Positions 43,603 to 52,941 of a DNA stretch of 55,135 nt are shown piece after piece. Numbering within the stretch: the stretch's first letter is position 1; the number at the start of each line of letters is the position of its first letter. Source of the DNA: a virus; UHGV virus genome UHGV-0258472; one strand, 5' to 3'. A program made the translations under genes and the position numbers. The notes below the pieces were generated by a model. It did no database searches. It had not been told where the DNA came from and saw only the letters and a list, made by a program, of their open reading frames with translations.

Positions 43603-44039
43603 GTTTTGTAACCTTCTACAATCTCTTTATAAATATCGTCAGCGTTGTTTGGATCTTCGAATGCCTTGCGCAAAAATTCCGGCTCCGCGTTTGGGTCCCA
43701 ATATTTACCTTTTCCAGTACCGCCGCCGAATTCAACCCCTTCGCTAGTCTTGCCGAAATGTTCGCGCGGCTGTCCTTTTAATTTACCTGGCATATTGTGC
43801 ACCCATTCAGCATACCTGGCCGTATATCCCAGCCGTAACTGCATACCCTCCGCCGTGCTACCTATATACTGAAATTGGCTGTTAATTAAAAAACCCGTAT
43901 CAACGGGGGTCATGTTCGCCGCGAAGCCACCAGCCAGCATCCCTACTCGCCATAACACCTCATGAGTTTTCTTATCTGTGATTTCCTTTAGCTCCTGCTT
44001 TAATCGCTCCCTGACACGTTTAACACCCTTGATAGGCAT
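43599..44039 (-). CDS. HK97 gp10-like head-tail joining protein
   Basis: Size, position and a VDTGxL-type motif; ATG 44039 with SD aggggg. Confidence 0.5.
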   Translation of the reverse strand: MPIKGVKRVRERLKQELKEITDKKTHEVLWRVGMLAGGFAANMTPVDTGFLINSQFQYIGSTAEGMQLRLGYTARYAEWVHNMPGKLKGQPREHFGKTSEGVEFGGGTGKGKYWDPNAEPEFLRKAFEDPNNADDIYKEIVEGYKT

Positions 44040-44041
44040 AA

Positions 44042-44416
44042 TTAACCCCCTGTCACGATCTTATAATCCGGCGTGTCATTAAACATGCTCATGTCCCATT
44101 CAACGATCCCGGTTATAAAGTTGGCCCCAGCCGCCAGCGGGTCAGCAATAGCAGTTGTGTCTCCAGTGGCAAGCATCCACCCTTTTCCCGGGCGCTGCAC
44201 TGGCTGCATCTTGTGAAGCAGTTCGGTAAATACGGTTATTGTATTGCTAACCTCATTGCCGTTTGTGTCTGTTGCCGTGCCGTCGGTGCGCTCCCATGAG
44301 CAATCAATCAGGTATGGTGCACCGTATACATCGGAGTTTGTCCAGTCGTCACGCGTTACGGGGTAAATGGTGGCTAATGCCTTGTAGCTGAATCGCGCGA
44401 TCTTACTCATAGCCAT
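44042..44416 (-). CDS. putative head closure / head-tail adaptor protein
   Basis: Position; ORF-track start is TTG, ATG at 44416 or 44410. Confidence 0.4.
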   Translation of the reverse strand: MAMSKIARFSYKALATIYPVTRDDWTNSDVYGAPYLIDCSWERTDGTATDTNGNEVSNTITVFTELLHKMQPVQRPGKGWMLATGDTTAIADPLAAGANFITGIVEWDMSMFNDTPDYKIVTGG

Positions 44417-44588
44417 AGCTCCATTTAACAATTTTCGGATGGGTTTTCGCCACGCGCGGGCAAAGAATTACCCATTCGCCAGCATCATTGAGATAGGCGG
44501 CGACCTGTCGCCCTGTGTCAGTCTTCACCCATACGCGGGTAAACGGCTTCGGCATTAGTGGTTTTGGTAGCGTTAGATCATTCCACAT
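44403..44588 (-). CDS. hypothetical small protein (61 aa)
   Basis: ATG 44588 with SD gggagg. Confidence 0.4.
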   Translation of the reverse strand: MWNDLTLPKPLMPKPFTRVWVKTDTGRQVAAYLNDAGEWVILCPRVAKTHPKIVKWSYGYE

Positions 44589-44590
44589 GG

Positions 44591-44977
44591 TTACATCCTC
44601 CCACTCTTACCAATCCATAGTCCGGCGTGCGCGGTGGCTTCTGGATCTGCTGGAATCAGTTCTGCTGTGCAATTATGCTTGTCAATCGAGCGTAGCAACG
44701 AGCAAGCCGCCCTCCATTTTTTATTAAAATCAACATAGCGGTAGGACTGGCTTGCACCGTTCGGACCTGTGTGTGAGGAAACGTATTTATTCGCCTGTGT
44801 GAGTCCTAACAGCCCGATCAGATAAAGCTGAATTAATGTTGCAGTGGATGCCGGATAGTTAGCATCAAGGCATTCATTAACGCTATTTGCCTGCTCCACC
44901 AGCAAAGATAAGATAACGTCTGGCAGGTCAATACCCTGGCTTTCAAGATATTCCCGCGCCTGTTCTGTAGTGACCAT
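44591..44977 (-). CDS. putative head-tail connector protein
   Basis: Start set at ATG 44977 (SD ggag) downstream of capsid-gene terminator. Confidence 0.45.
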   Translation of the reverse strand: MVTTEQAREYLESQGIDLPDVILSLLVEQANSVNECLDANYPASTATLIQLYLIGLLGLTQANKYVSSHTGPNGASQSYRYVDFNKKWRAACSLLRSIDKHNCTAELIPADPEATAHAGLWIGKSGRM

Positions 44978-45003
44978 TTTGTTTACTCCACATACAAAAA
45001 AAA

Positions 45004-45024
45004 TCCCCGGCATTGCGCCGGGGA
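45004..45024 (-). terminator. rho-independent terminator downstream of major capsid gene
   Basis: tccccggcgcaatgccgggga hairpin followed by an 8-9 T run on minus strand. Confidence 0.6.
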
Positions 45025-45043
45025 GTTACAGGAAACAAGGAAA

Positions 45044-46096
45044 TTATTTGTGACCGTAAACGACACCGGAACGGCCCAGCATGTCGCAGGTGATTTGTAA
45101 ACCTTCGGCAGACATGATTTTGAAGTTGTAGTTATCAGTCGGCATAAAGCGCGGCAGAGGCACTACGCCAGTAGTCATACCAACCAGCGGGGTGATGACG
45201 TTGCGGCGGCGTTGGTAAGCAATGAACTCGTTACCTTTCAGCGCAAAGGTCTGACGGATTTCTTTAACCGGAATGAACGGTTTAACGATATTCAGTACAG
45301 TACCAACAACAGTACCGTTAGCAATGTGCGGCGCTGCCAGGTTAGCCATAATTTCAGGGGACACCCACATGAGATCATACTGGTCAACGCGGTTGTTACG
45401 GGCCATGACACCGAATGCACCAGTGGTGAAGAATTTGATGATGTCATCGAATCCGTCAGTGGTGAGGTCTTCGGAGGTCATGACTAGTTGCTGGGTATTG
45501 CGGTGATTTTTAATACCCTGACCAGGTTTACCGTTGACATTGATTTTTGCGTTACCGTTAAGGTAATAATCAACGCGTGCCTTGTTGAATTTTTGCAGTT
45601 TCAGGCGCTGGCTATCCAGTGCAAGGTCAATACCAACAGTTTTCAGACCTTCGGAATGACGCCAGTTGACACCGTAACCCGCTGCGAACATCGGGATCGG
45701 GTCGCCATCGCTGCCATATTCAGTGTGATCAAAGCCATGCGGGGCTTGACCATCAATACTAACGACGACTTCATCGTTAATATCACCGGATACGCTGTAC
45801 ATTTTCTCCGTTTTACCGATTGGTAATACTGTTTGCACAGCCATCAGGTCGTTTACAATTTCAATACCAGTCTCTTCGGTGCTCATTTCGATAATCTGAT
45901 TATCGATAGCTTTCCAAAATTCCTGATCGAAGCCGCCAACGGCATTACATGCCAGGATGTCAGCGGTCATGTTTGCCATATTTGCGGCAATAAGAGCGCC
46001 GTCACGATCATTGAACATGTTGCGCTGCGCCCACAGGTGATCCCACTGAGCACGAATGCGGCTGTTGGTAGCAAGGTTGTGTTTATTAAACAACAT
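45044..46096 (-). CDS. major capsid protein
   Basis: 350 aa; strongest SD of the head cluster (agaggtg); followed by strong terminator; position after scaffold/decoration genes. Confidence 0.65.
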   Translation of the reverse strand: MLFNKHNLATNSRIRAQWDHLWAQRNMFNDRDGALIAANMANMTADILACNAVGGFDQEFWKAIDNQIIEMSTEETGIEIVNDLMAVQTVLPIGKTEKMYSVSGDINDEVVVSIDGQAPHGFDHTEYGSDGDPIPMFAAGYGVNWRHSEGLKTVGIDLALDSQRLKLQKFNKARVDYYLNGNAKINVNGKPGQGIKNHRNTQQLVMTSEDLTTDGFDDIIKFFTTGAFGVMARNNRVDQYDLMWVSPEIMANLAAPHIANGTVVGTVLNIVKPFIPVKEIRQTFALKGNEFIAYQRRRNVITPLVGMTTGVVPLPRFMPTDNYNFKIMSAEGLQITCDMLGRSGVVYGHK

Positions 46097-46115
46097 AGTT
46101 TTTCACCTCTTATTA

Positions 46116-46517
46116 TTATGCAACGCGGACACGTACAAAATCAGCCGCTTCAAGGGTTACAGCTTCCTGGCAGAAAGCGAAAACTGTTTCATCAGATGCT
46201 ACCAATTTAAATCCACCTTCACCGATGGTGATGGCAGCGTCTTTGGTGTAAGCACCCTCAGGAAGCAGGATTGCGAATTCGCGGGCTTCTTCTGCGTAGT
46301 CAGCGACCACGGAATGACCAGCCGGAATTGCATCCTCAATACCCAAGCCTTCATGGTATGCCGGATTAACAACATAAATACGGCCTTCGGTATCGGTGGC
46401 GGCAACGAATTTACCAGCCGTCATTTTAACCGGGGTGCCTGGTTTAAGCTCTGCGGCAGATACTGCGGTTTCGGTAATAGATTTACCGTCAATATTCACA
46501 CGACGAAAACGGGCCAT
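46116..46517 (-). CDS. head decoration / capsid-associated protein
   Basis: 133 aa immediately upstream of major capsid; strong SD agaggtg. Confidence 0.45.
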   Translation of the reverse strand: MARFRRVNIDGKSITETAVSAAELKPGTPVKMTAGKFVAATDTEGRIYVVNPAYHEGLGIEDAIPAGHSVVADYAEEAREFAILLPEGAYTKDAAITIGEGGFKLVASDETVFAFCQEAVTLEAADFVRVRVA

Positions 46518-46527
46518 AATTCACCTC

Positions 46528-47823
46528 TTATGCGAAATAGTTGTTAATGTCAGGGGTAGCAGGTTTATTTCCACCAGCGGCGGAGTTTGCCGCCATTGGT
46601 GCTGCTTTACCCAGGGATTTAAACATTGCTTCTAATGCTTCACCGCTTAAAGCGTTAGCAACAATTTCGCCGTGAACTTTTGCTACTGCGGCGCGTTTTT
46701 CTGCTTCTTCTTTATTTGCGTTTGCTGCGATCTCTTCTTTGATCGCTTTCTGATTGGTCTGTAATTCTTCAACGCTTGCCCGCACTGGTTTTAATGCCTC
46801 TGCTACTGCATTAGCGATATTAGCGGCTAAGCCTTCGTTAATTTCTTTTACCAGTTCGGCGCGTTCTTCTTTGGTCAAAGGCATGGGATCGTCCTCCGAT
46901 TTATTGGCCTTAATTTTTTCATTCAGGGAGAAAAGATTAGAAAGGTGTTCAGCGAACTGCGTAAACCAGGATTTACTTTCCTCGTTGGTTGCAAGCTCGC
47001 CATTATTGAGAATAATTTTATCAGCCTGTTTTTCATATGCGCAAACTTGAGCACTTTCAGTATTAGTGGCGATCGTCACTTCTTTATCAGTGAAGTCCAC
47101 CACATACACATAATCGGCATCAGGGAATAATTCCCGCGCGGCGTCGGTTAATTGTTTCTCAAGTGTGCGGTAGCTGTTTTCTTTCATTGCCACCGTCATT
47201 AACGGTTTCGCCTGGTCAGTATTAACCATCAGGCCAACGCCTTGCTCTGGTGAAGCGGCTGGCGGCTCATGCAGCAAAATAGCGTCATGGTCGATAGACA
47301 TGATTTTCACCACATGGTCGGCACCCTGGGCTTTCATCTCTTCAGTAGCTGGCATACGTTGACGATATACAGCGACGGATGACCAGATCGGATCTTTGCT
47401 TTCTCCTTTCTCCAGTGCTTCAAGTCTGCTTAATAATTCGCGGCCTTGCTCTGAATGGCTGGCGGTTTCAACATCCACCCATTTTTCCACATAAACACGA
47501 TTGCCGCGTAATTCAACGTTTCTGTTCCACGCTCCACAAAAACCCGTGTTTAATCCTTCCGGGCTAAATGCGGAAACAAATTTACCGTCCACGGTAGGAT
47601 GACCCAGCGGGGCAAGCGTACCCTCCAGTGACTGGTAATTAGCGATAATTTCAGCTTCCGGGTAATATTCCCGATTCATTACGATGTTAAATGGTAGTGT
47701 ATATGACGGGACAACGATATGCTCGCGACCGTTGTATGTTTCACGGCGTATGGTATTAGCGGTTAATTTAGTATTAACCTGAATCAATTCTTTACTCACG
47801 GTTTTACTCCCAATCTTCGCCAT
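46528..47823 (-). CDS. putative scaffold / prohead maturation protein
   Basis: ~430 aa with long C-terminal helical charged region; between Mu F-like and capsid genes; start set at ATG 47823 (ORF-track TTG 47838). Confidence 0.45.
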   Translation of the reverse strand: MAKIGSKTVSKELIQVNTKLTANTIRRETYNGREHIVVPSYTLPFNIVMNREYYPEAEIIANYQSLEGTLAPLGHPTVDGKFVSAFSPEGLNTGFCGAWNRNVELRGNRVYVEKWVDVETASHSEQGRELLSRLEALEKGESKDPIWSSVAVYRQRMPATEEMKAQGADHVVKIMSIDHDAILLHEPPAASPEQGVGLMVNTDQAKPLMTVAMKENSYRTLEKQLTDAARELFPDADYVYVVDFTDKEVTIATNTESAQVCAYEKQADKIILNNGELATNEESKSWFTQFAEHLSNLFSLNEKIKANKSEDDPMPLTKEERAELVKEINEGLAANIANAVAEALKPVRASVEELQTNQKAIKEEIAANANKEEAEKRAAVAKVHGEIVANALSGEALEAMFKSLGKAAPMAANSAAGGNKPATPDINNYFA

Positions 47824-48748
47824 ATTTAGCGTGCGCAACCTTATAGTTTTCTTGCGCCCGATCTAATATTCGTTTGTTTAATATGTTACCGTCTTCGTCA
47901 ACCAATACGGTAATCGTGCTACATTTGCAGTTAATTGAATTTGGGGATCTGCTCCACCATTCGCGCTGCTCATCTATGGTGTATGTTTTCCCGTGCCGCT
48001 GCGCGTGCGATAGCCTGGTAGTCGGTGACAATGCCGAAATGTGCATTTGCATAGTGCGCAGATTAAGCTCTTCTGTCGCCGCTTCTGCCTCATCCATACG
48101 TGCTGTGCGTAACGCTGTGCATATTTCAGTTCTGGCAATACGTTTGCACCTGTATAGCGGCAATTGCGTTTCCTGCTGCAATGTGCGCGCTATTTCCAGT
48201 GGATTTAAACCACGGGCCATACCTTCGGTTAATCGCCGGGCCATATCCTTCTTGATCTGTGCTGTTAGCCCGCGCATTTCCTCAAATACACGGGTACGAA
48301 CAAGGGCAAGACGCGTGCGGTAAGTCGTACTTGATAGCACGGCGGATACATCAGGATAAGCGCTTGAGTAAGTAACAGACTGGTTGGCGAGGTTGGCATA
48401 TTCCTGTGAAGTGCCGCGCTGATATGCCACCTTCACGTATTCCTGCCAAAACCAAAAACTTTCCGGGTCGGTTAGCTCGAATATTTCATCAATCATGTCG
48501 CTGGCGTCTTCCAGCAAATCATGCAATTCGTCAATGTAGATCTGGAAAGTGTATTTCTTATTAACAGCCAGGCTATATTGTATTCTGTCCAGTATGGCGA
48601 TATATGGATCGGCTATTTTCTTCAGGCAGGATTTGAAACGCTTAATAGCTCCCGACCGTAACTTACCTGTCATGGTCGGGTCTTCGGTGTTAGATGGCAT
48701 TATCGCGGCGGGAGGTATTCGCCTGATTATTTTCTTCACCTTCATCAT
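47804..48748 (-). CDS. Mu F-like minor head (head morphogenesis) protein
   Basis: Size and position immediately after portal gene; resemblance to Mu F / SPP1 gp7 family from memory. Confidence 0.65.
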   Translation of the reverse strand: MMKVKKIIRRIPPAAIMPSNTEDPTMTGKLRSGAIKRFKSCLKKIADPYIAILDRIQYSLAVNKKYTFQIYIDELHDLLEDASDMIDEIFELTDPESFWFWQEYVKVAYQRGTSQEYANLANQSVTYSSAYPDVSAVLSSTTYRTRLALVRTRVFEEMRGLTAQIKKDMARRLTEGMARGLNPLEIARTLQQETQLPLYRCKRIARTEICTALRTARMDEAEAATEELNLRTMQMHISALSPTTRLSHAQRHGKTYTIDEQREWWSRSPNSINCKCSTITVLVDEDGNILNKRILDRAQENYKVAHAKYGEDWE

Positions 48749-50063
48749 CGTTTTCCTCGTCTTCCAGTTCTATTTCACTAGCTGGGCCATCGTATCCGGC
48801 AGCTTCGCGGATCTCGTCACCGCTAAATATTTCCTCACCAGTAGCAAGACAAGCCTGATTGATTTGCGCCATTTTGTGTGCCGCTTCCAGTAGCTCGGCT
48901 TTTGTCATGGCGTTAAGGTCATCCCATAAAACTGATACATCGACTGGCATACTGATAAGGCGGAGATCTGCCATCTTGCGGAATAGTTCCTCAAGCTCGC
49001 CTCCTATTTCCTCGCGGCGGGTCATACAGCGATTATTGAAGTAGCGGAGGTCTTCAGTTGATGCGCGTTCACCCTGCTGATTCCCAACCAGGATACGCGT
49101 CGGGATGTCGATACCAGCGGCGGCAGTTTGCAGGTTTACGTCATAGGTTGCAGATGGATCGGCTACGGCAGTTACCAGCGGGCTAACACTTGCCCCTTGT
49201 AATGCCATCATCACATCATTACCCCTGTTCATTTCTGCTGCTGCCTCGTTGAATTTCTCGCGTAGCTCTGTAACGTCGCAATCGTATGTTGCAGCCAGGG
49301 AACGGAAATCAATCTCTTTATCGAACGAGATAGCCAGTTGACGAGCGGCATTTTTCAGGAATGACTCACCGCTACCGCCTTCCACTTTCTCCAGCGAAAC
49401 GAAAGCGTTATAGGACGGCTCAAGGAAAGCGATAGCATCATCAGAATAATCACCGAAGATGAATATACGGTCTGGATGAATCTTTCTTGCTATGGTCTTA
49501 CTGTTGATGCGCTCCTTGTATTCCCACCATGTAGGCAGGCCATAGTTTTCTTTATCCGGGTTTTCTTCGAAGTCCTTCGGCGTAAGAGCACCAGCCCACG
49601 CAGGGGTAAATTTGGCAATGCCTACGCCTTTTGTCACTGGCTGATCCCACGGCTGGTTATCTCTGACATGAATTAACAGACCAGCATAACGACCAATGAG
49701 GCGGCGGCGATCGCATTCAGCTATGACGCGCCAGAAACGATTATCAAATTGCTTTTTAATTTCTCTTTCCCACGGCGTTTCCGTTTCTGCTTTCTCGTCT
49801 TCCGTACCTTCGATCAGCGTTGGCCTGGTGCGCCAGCACGTTGTAATGATCTTCTCAATAGCACCGTGAGCAATACCACCGCGACGATACAGCTTGTATA
49901 AATCGTCATAGGTGATTTCTTCTTTGAATCCGTATTCACTCCACGCAGCATCACGTTTTGCATCAATACCCATTGAGAATGGGTTAACGGCTGCATAGCG
50001 GGCGAAGGCCGCCTGGCGTTGTGACAAGGCAGCATTAACCGCCAATTCTAAATTGGATGGCAT
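48690..50063 (-). CDS. portal protein
   Basis: ~457 aa, acidic C-terminus, immediately downstream of terminase large subunit; start set at ATG 50063 (SD aggag). Confidence 0.65.
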   Translation of the reverse strand: MPSNLELAVNAALSQRQAAFARYAAVNPFSMGIDAKRDAAWSEYGFKEEITYDDLYKLYRRGGIAHGAIEKIITTCWRTRPTLIEGTEDEKAETETPWEREIKKQFDNRFWRVIAECDRRRLIGRYAGLLIHVRDNQPWDQPVTKGVGIAKFTPAWAGALTPKDFEENPDKENYGLPTWWEYKERINSKTIARKIHPDRIFIFGDYSDDAIAFLEPSYNAFVSLEKVEGGSGESFLKNAARQLAISFDKEIDFRSLAATYDCDVTELREKFNEAAAEMNRGNDVMMALQGASVSPLVTAVADPSATYDVNLQTAAAGIDIPTRILVGNQQGERASTEDLRYFNNRCMTRREEIGGELEELFRKMADLRLISMPVDVSVLWDDLNAMTKAELLEAAHKMAQINQACLATGEEIFSGDEIREAAGYDGPASEIELEDEENDDEGEENNQANTSRRDNAI

Positions 50064-50141
50064 AATGTTTACTCCTGAATACATGTTTACGCGTTGCTAC
50101 GCGAAAAATAGAAAAATTCGTGAGGGATTGTGAGGCAGATT

Positions 50142-51620
50142 TTAAAATCCGCGCAGGCGCTTAGGTAACATGAGGCCCATTGCCTGTGGCTGGCTTAATT
50201 CAGTGATACCCCATACCATTGCGTCGAGGCGGTCAGGGGATTTTTTAGCGGTAGCTGGCACGTATTCCATCATTTGATTTTCCAGCGTGTACAGGCTGCC
50301 TGTGTGGGCCACCCTTCCTTGTGCATACAGTGCCGATATTGGCTCGGCGCGGGCGAATTTACCTTTGCTTGCGTGCACCTTAACAATGCGGCCTTTGAAT
50401 CCGGCATTACGTAGCGTGGCCTCCGCCATTTCGCCGCCCTGGTTGGTTTCTATAACTATCGCGTCAGCTTCATGGATGTTGTAAGCGTTCATTGATGCTT
50501 GCGCCCAGTCGTTAGGAGACATGCGGCCTGAGTAGTCACCGTCTACAGAATACTGTGCGTACTTGCCGCCACCATAAGCGGAACATGCCACGATCCCGGT
50601 TTCGTCCGACTCATCAGATGATGTTGTTGCCGGGTCGATGGCTATCACCGTGCGGATCCTGTCCTGCGTTATCTGCATCCGGTGCGCGGCGGTTATCATC
50701 GCTTCATTCCACAACGCGCCCTCTTCGTCGAATCTGCGCGGGCGCTGCATGTACTGGGCCTCAAATGACCTTCTGTGTGCCTTCAGTCCGGCTTCATGGC
50801 TGTCATTGTGCTTTTTAGGCCATAGCCAGCCGTCTGGCAGGTTGTGAGCAATAGGAATAGCGAATTCGTTTTCCGGGTACAGATCCCAATAGTCGATGCT
50901 GTTGTCGATCTTCACTGGCAGGTTAAGGTGATACCACTTCTCACCGCTGCCGCCGCGTAACAGGTAGCCGGACAAATCATCGTAGTGGATGCGCTGCATA
51001 ATGACGATAACAGGCGTCTCCTGTACGGCAAGACGTGAAGCGAGCGTGTCGTTGTAGTTGTTCTTTACCTTATCCCGCATCACATCAGAGTAAGCGTCAG
51101 CGGGCTTTAATGGGTCGTCGATAATTAACGCGCCGTTGAAGCCTGGCTCCATGTAACCAGCACGAAAACCCGTGATCTGACCGTGTGACGATGCGGCATA
51201 TATCCCGCCGCCCTGTTCCGTCCACCACATTGATTTGGAGTTGGCATCATTGCGGATCTTCATAGGCCACATTGCTTGATACTCTGGCGAGCAAATCATA
51301 TTTCTGACTGTCGACGAATTGAGTAATGCGAGGTTGTCGGAATAGGAGACGTGAAGAAAACGCGTGCGGGGATTTATTGCGAGGGACCGCGCCATCATAT
51401 TGATAGTTGCGATCATGGTCTTGCCGTACCCTGGGGGAATGTTAATGATGAGGCGGGTAATCTCACCATTGATAACGCGTTGCAGTGCATCGCGGATAGC
51501 TATGTGATGGCCTGAGACAAACATCTTCGTACCGTTTGCTTGCTTGTAGAAATAGCGGTTGAAGAACAGGCCATCGTTTTCACATTTGGATTGTATAATC
51601 CTTTCTTTAAGCGACAACAT
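50142..51620 (-). CDS. terminase large subunit
   Basis: Walker A PPGYGKT, ATPase and C-terminal nuclease-like region; ATG 51620 with SD gaggtg (ORF-track first codon is GTG). Confidence 0.85.
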   Translation of the reverse strand: MLSLKERIIQSKCENDGLFFNRYFYKQANGTKMFVSGHHIAIRDALQRVINGEITRLIINIPPGYGKTMIATINMMARSLAINPRTRFLHVSYSDNLALLNSSTVRNMICSPEYQAMWPMKIRNDANSKSMWWTEQGGGIYAASSHGQITGFRAGYMEPGFNGALIIDDPLKPADAYSDVMRDKVKNNYNDTLASRLAVQETPVIVIMQRIHYDDLSGYLLRGGSGEKWYHLNLPVKIDNSIDYWDLYPENEFAIPIAHNLPDGWLWPKKHNDSHEAGLKAHRRSFEAQYMQRPRRFDEEGALWNEAMITAAHRMQITQDRIRTVIAIDPATTSSDESDETGIVACSAYGGGKYAQYSVDGDYSGRMSPNDWAQASMNAYNIHEADAIVIETNQGGEMAEATLRNAGFKGRIVKVHASKGKFARAEPISALYAQGRVAHTGSLYTLENQMMEYVPATAKKSPDRLDAMVWGITELSQPQAMGLMLPKRLRGF

Positions 51621-51622
51621 AA

Positions 51623-52108
51623 TCACACCTCGTCTTCTACTTCCTGGACGATGCGGGCGATCTCTTCTTTCGTGACTTCAACCTGGACGGGCGCTTCTTC
51701 CTTGTTGCCGACGATCTCCTGTGTGACGCGTTCGCCGTATTTGCGCGGCTGAAGTTTTGCCAGTAGCCACTTGCGCGTTTCAATCATTAGTTGGTGGCGT
51801 CGCAACTGATCTTTATCTTCGTTCTCTGCTGCATCAGCCAGATCGATGATTTCATCAGCCAATACCTCGAAGCCGATCTCCTTCGCGCGCGCGTACATGA
51901 TCGAGAATTCCGGTACATCCCTAAACCATTTCAGGATTGTGGAACGGGTAGGCATACCAGGCATTTTCGAAATTTTATTAATACTCTGACCATCCGCCAC
52001 CAGTTCACAGATTTCTAATGCTTTTTCTTCGGTATAACCATGCGGACGGCCCACCTTTTTAGCGGCTGGCTTTTTATCGTCAGCCTTTGCCTTTTTAGTG
52101 CGGGCCAT
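51623..52108 (-). CDS. terminase small subunit
   Basis: 161 aa basic N-terminal HTH-like region, immediately upstream of terminase large subunit; ATG 52108 with SD gagaggtg. Confidence 0.7.
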   Translation of the reverse strand: MARTKKAKADDKKPAAKKVGRPHGYTEEKALEICELVADGQSINKISKMPGMPTRSTILKWFRDVPEFSIMYARAKEIGFEVLADEIIDLADAAENEDKDQLRRHQLMIETRKWLLAKLQPRKYGERVTQEIVGNKEEAPVQVEVTKEEIARIVQEVEDEV

Positions 52109-52118
52109 ATTTCACCTC

Positions 52119-52202
52119 TCAATATTTATTGATGATATATACGCAAGCAACAAAACTTGCACAGTATGTTAATACTTCCAACCAGTCGAATAATTCTTTC
52201 AT
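52119..52202 (-). CDS. micro-gene 10 of array: MKELFDWLEVLTYCASFVACVYIINKY
   Basis: ATG 52202 with SD aaggtga; in-frame upstream ATGs could extend it. Confidence 0.35.
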   Translation of the reverse strand: MKELFDWLEVLTYCASFVACVYIINKY

Positions 52203-52270
52203 TGTTGCCATCACCTTTACTTTACTTGCTGAATTTAGGAAGCGCATAAATTGCGCGTCCAAGCTATAAC

Positions 52271-52339
52271 CTATTGAGTTAGCGCGGTCATGGTAAGAAC
52301 AATAGCAACAATCAGGAAAAAGAAATCAAGCCATTTCAT
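52271..52339 (-). CDS. micro-gene 9 of array: MKWLDFFFLIVAIVLTMTALTQ
   Basis: ATG 52339 with SD aggag. Confidence 0.4.
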   Translation of the reverse strand: MKWLDFFFLIVAIVLTMTALTQ

Positions 52340-52355
52340 TTTTAACTCCTGCGAT

Positions 52356-52427
52356 TCAGTTAACGCTTAAAAGCACCGCAACGATGACGATCACTATAAT
52401 CATGCAAAAGAAGTCTGCTTCCCTCAT
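52356..52427 (-). CDS. micro-gene 8 of array: MREADFFCMIIVIVIVAVLLSVN
   Basis: ATG 52427 overlaps upstream stop (ATGA). Confidence 0.4.
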   Translation of the reverse strand: MREADFFCMIIVIVIVAVLLSVN

Positions 52428-52504
52428 CTTTTTAACCCTCGATAAAAATCAACGGCAATTACTGTAATAACAGCCACCAGCAATAGCATTTCGTATGCGT
52501 TCAT
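52424..52504 (-). CDS. micro-gene 7 of array: MNAYEMLLLVAVITVIAVDFYRGLKR
   Basis: ATG 52504 overlaps upstream stop (ATGA). Confidence 0.4.
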   Translation of the reverse strand: MNAYEMLLLVAVITVIAVDFYRGLKR

Positions 52505-52599
52505 TTGATGCTACCCATAACAAGACCAATGATGATGATTATGGCGACAATGCCTAACATCATTCCGCACATAATCGCCAGTAATTCGAATATATCCAT
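52501..52599 (-). CDS. micro-gene 6 of array: MDIFELLAIMCGMMLGIVAIIIIIGLVMGSIK
   Basis: ATG 52599 with SD aggtga; the ORF-track 67-aa version is a non-ATG upstream extension. Confidence 0.4.
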   Translation of the reverse strand: MDIFELLAIMCGMMLGIVAIIIIIGLVMGSIK

Positions 52600-52607
52600 G
52601 CCGTCAC

Positions 52608-52682
52608 CTATACAACATTCTTCCACCAGAAATAGATAATGACGGCGACCAACGACCACCAGATGAGATCGTAAATATTCAT
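52608..52682 (-). CDS. micro-gene 5 of array: MNIYDLIWWSLVAVIIYFWWKNVV
   Basis: ATG 52682 with SD-like aaggta. Confidence 0.4.
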   Translation of the reverse strand: MNIYDLIWWSLVAVIIYFWWKNVV

Positions 52683-52693
52683 GGTGAATACCT

Positions 52694-52768
52694 TCAGCTT
52701 TCAATGAATATCATGATCGCCAGCCATACAGCGACGCAGGCAGAAAGGATAATGAGCGGGTCAATCAT
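52694..52768 (-). CDS. micro-gene 4 of array: MIDPLIILSACVAVWLAIMIFIES
   Basis: ATG 52768 with SD ggtga, 4 nt after upstream stop. Confidence 0.4.
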   Translation of the reverse strand: MIDPLIILSACVAVWLAIMIFIES

Positions 52769-52772
52769 ATTT

Positions 52773-52847
52773 TCACCATAGCCTGTAAATGTTCACGCCA
52801 ATACCTATGATGAGCACAAATAACCAAATGAGATCGTAGGCATTCAT
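52773..52847 (-). CDS. micro-gene 3 of array: MNAYDLIWLFVLIIGIGVNIYRLW
   Basis: ATG 52847 overlaps upstream stop (ATGA). Confidence 0.4.
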   Translation of the reverse strand: MNAYDLIWLFVLIIGIGVNIYRLW

Positions 52848-52939
52848 GATTTGCTTTTTACAGTTATCAGTACAGCTATAATAAAACACACCAGGAATAC
52901 AGAAATGCCGATCAATCCGGCAATGATATAATCATCCAT
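52844..52939 (-). CDS. micro-gene 2 of array: MDDYIIAGLIGISVFLVCFIIAVLITVKSKS
   Basis: ATG 52939, 2 nt after upstream stop. Confidence 0.4.
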   Translation of the reverse strand: MDDYIIAGLIGISVFLVCFIIAVLITVKSKS

Positions 52940-52941
52940 AA

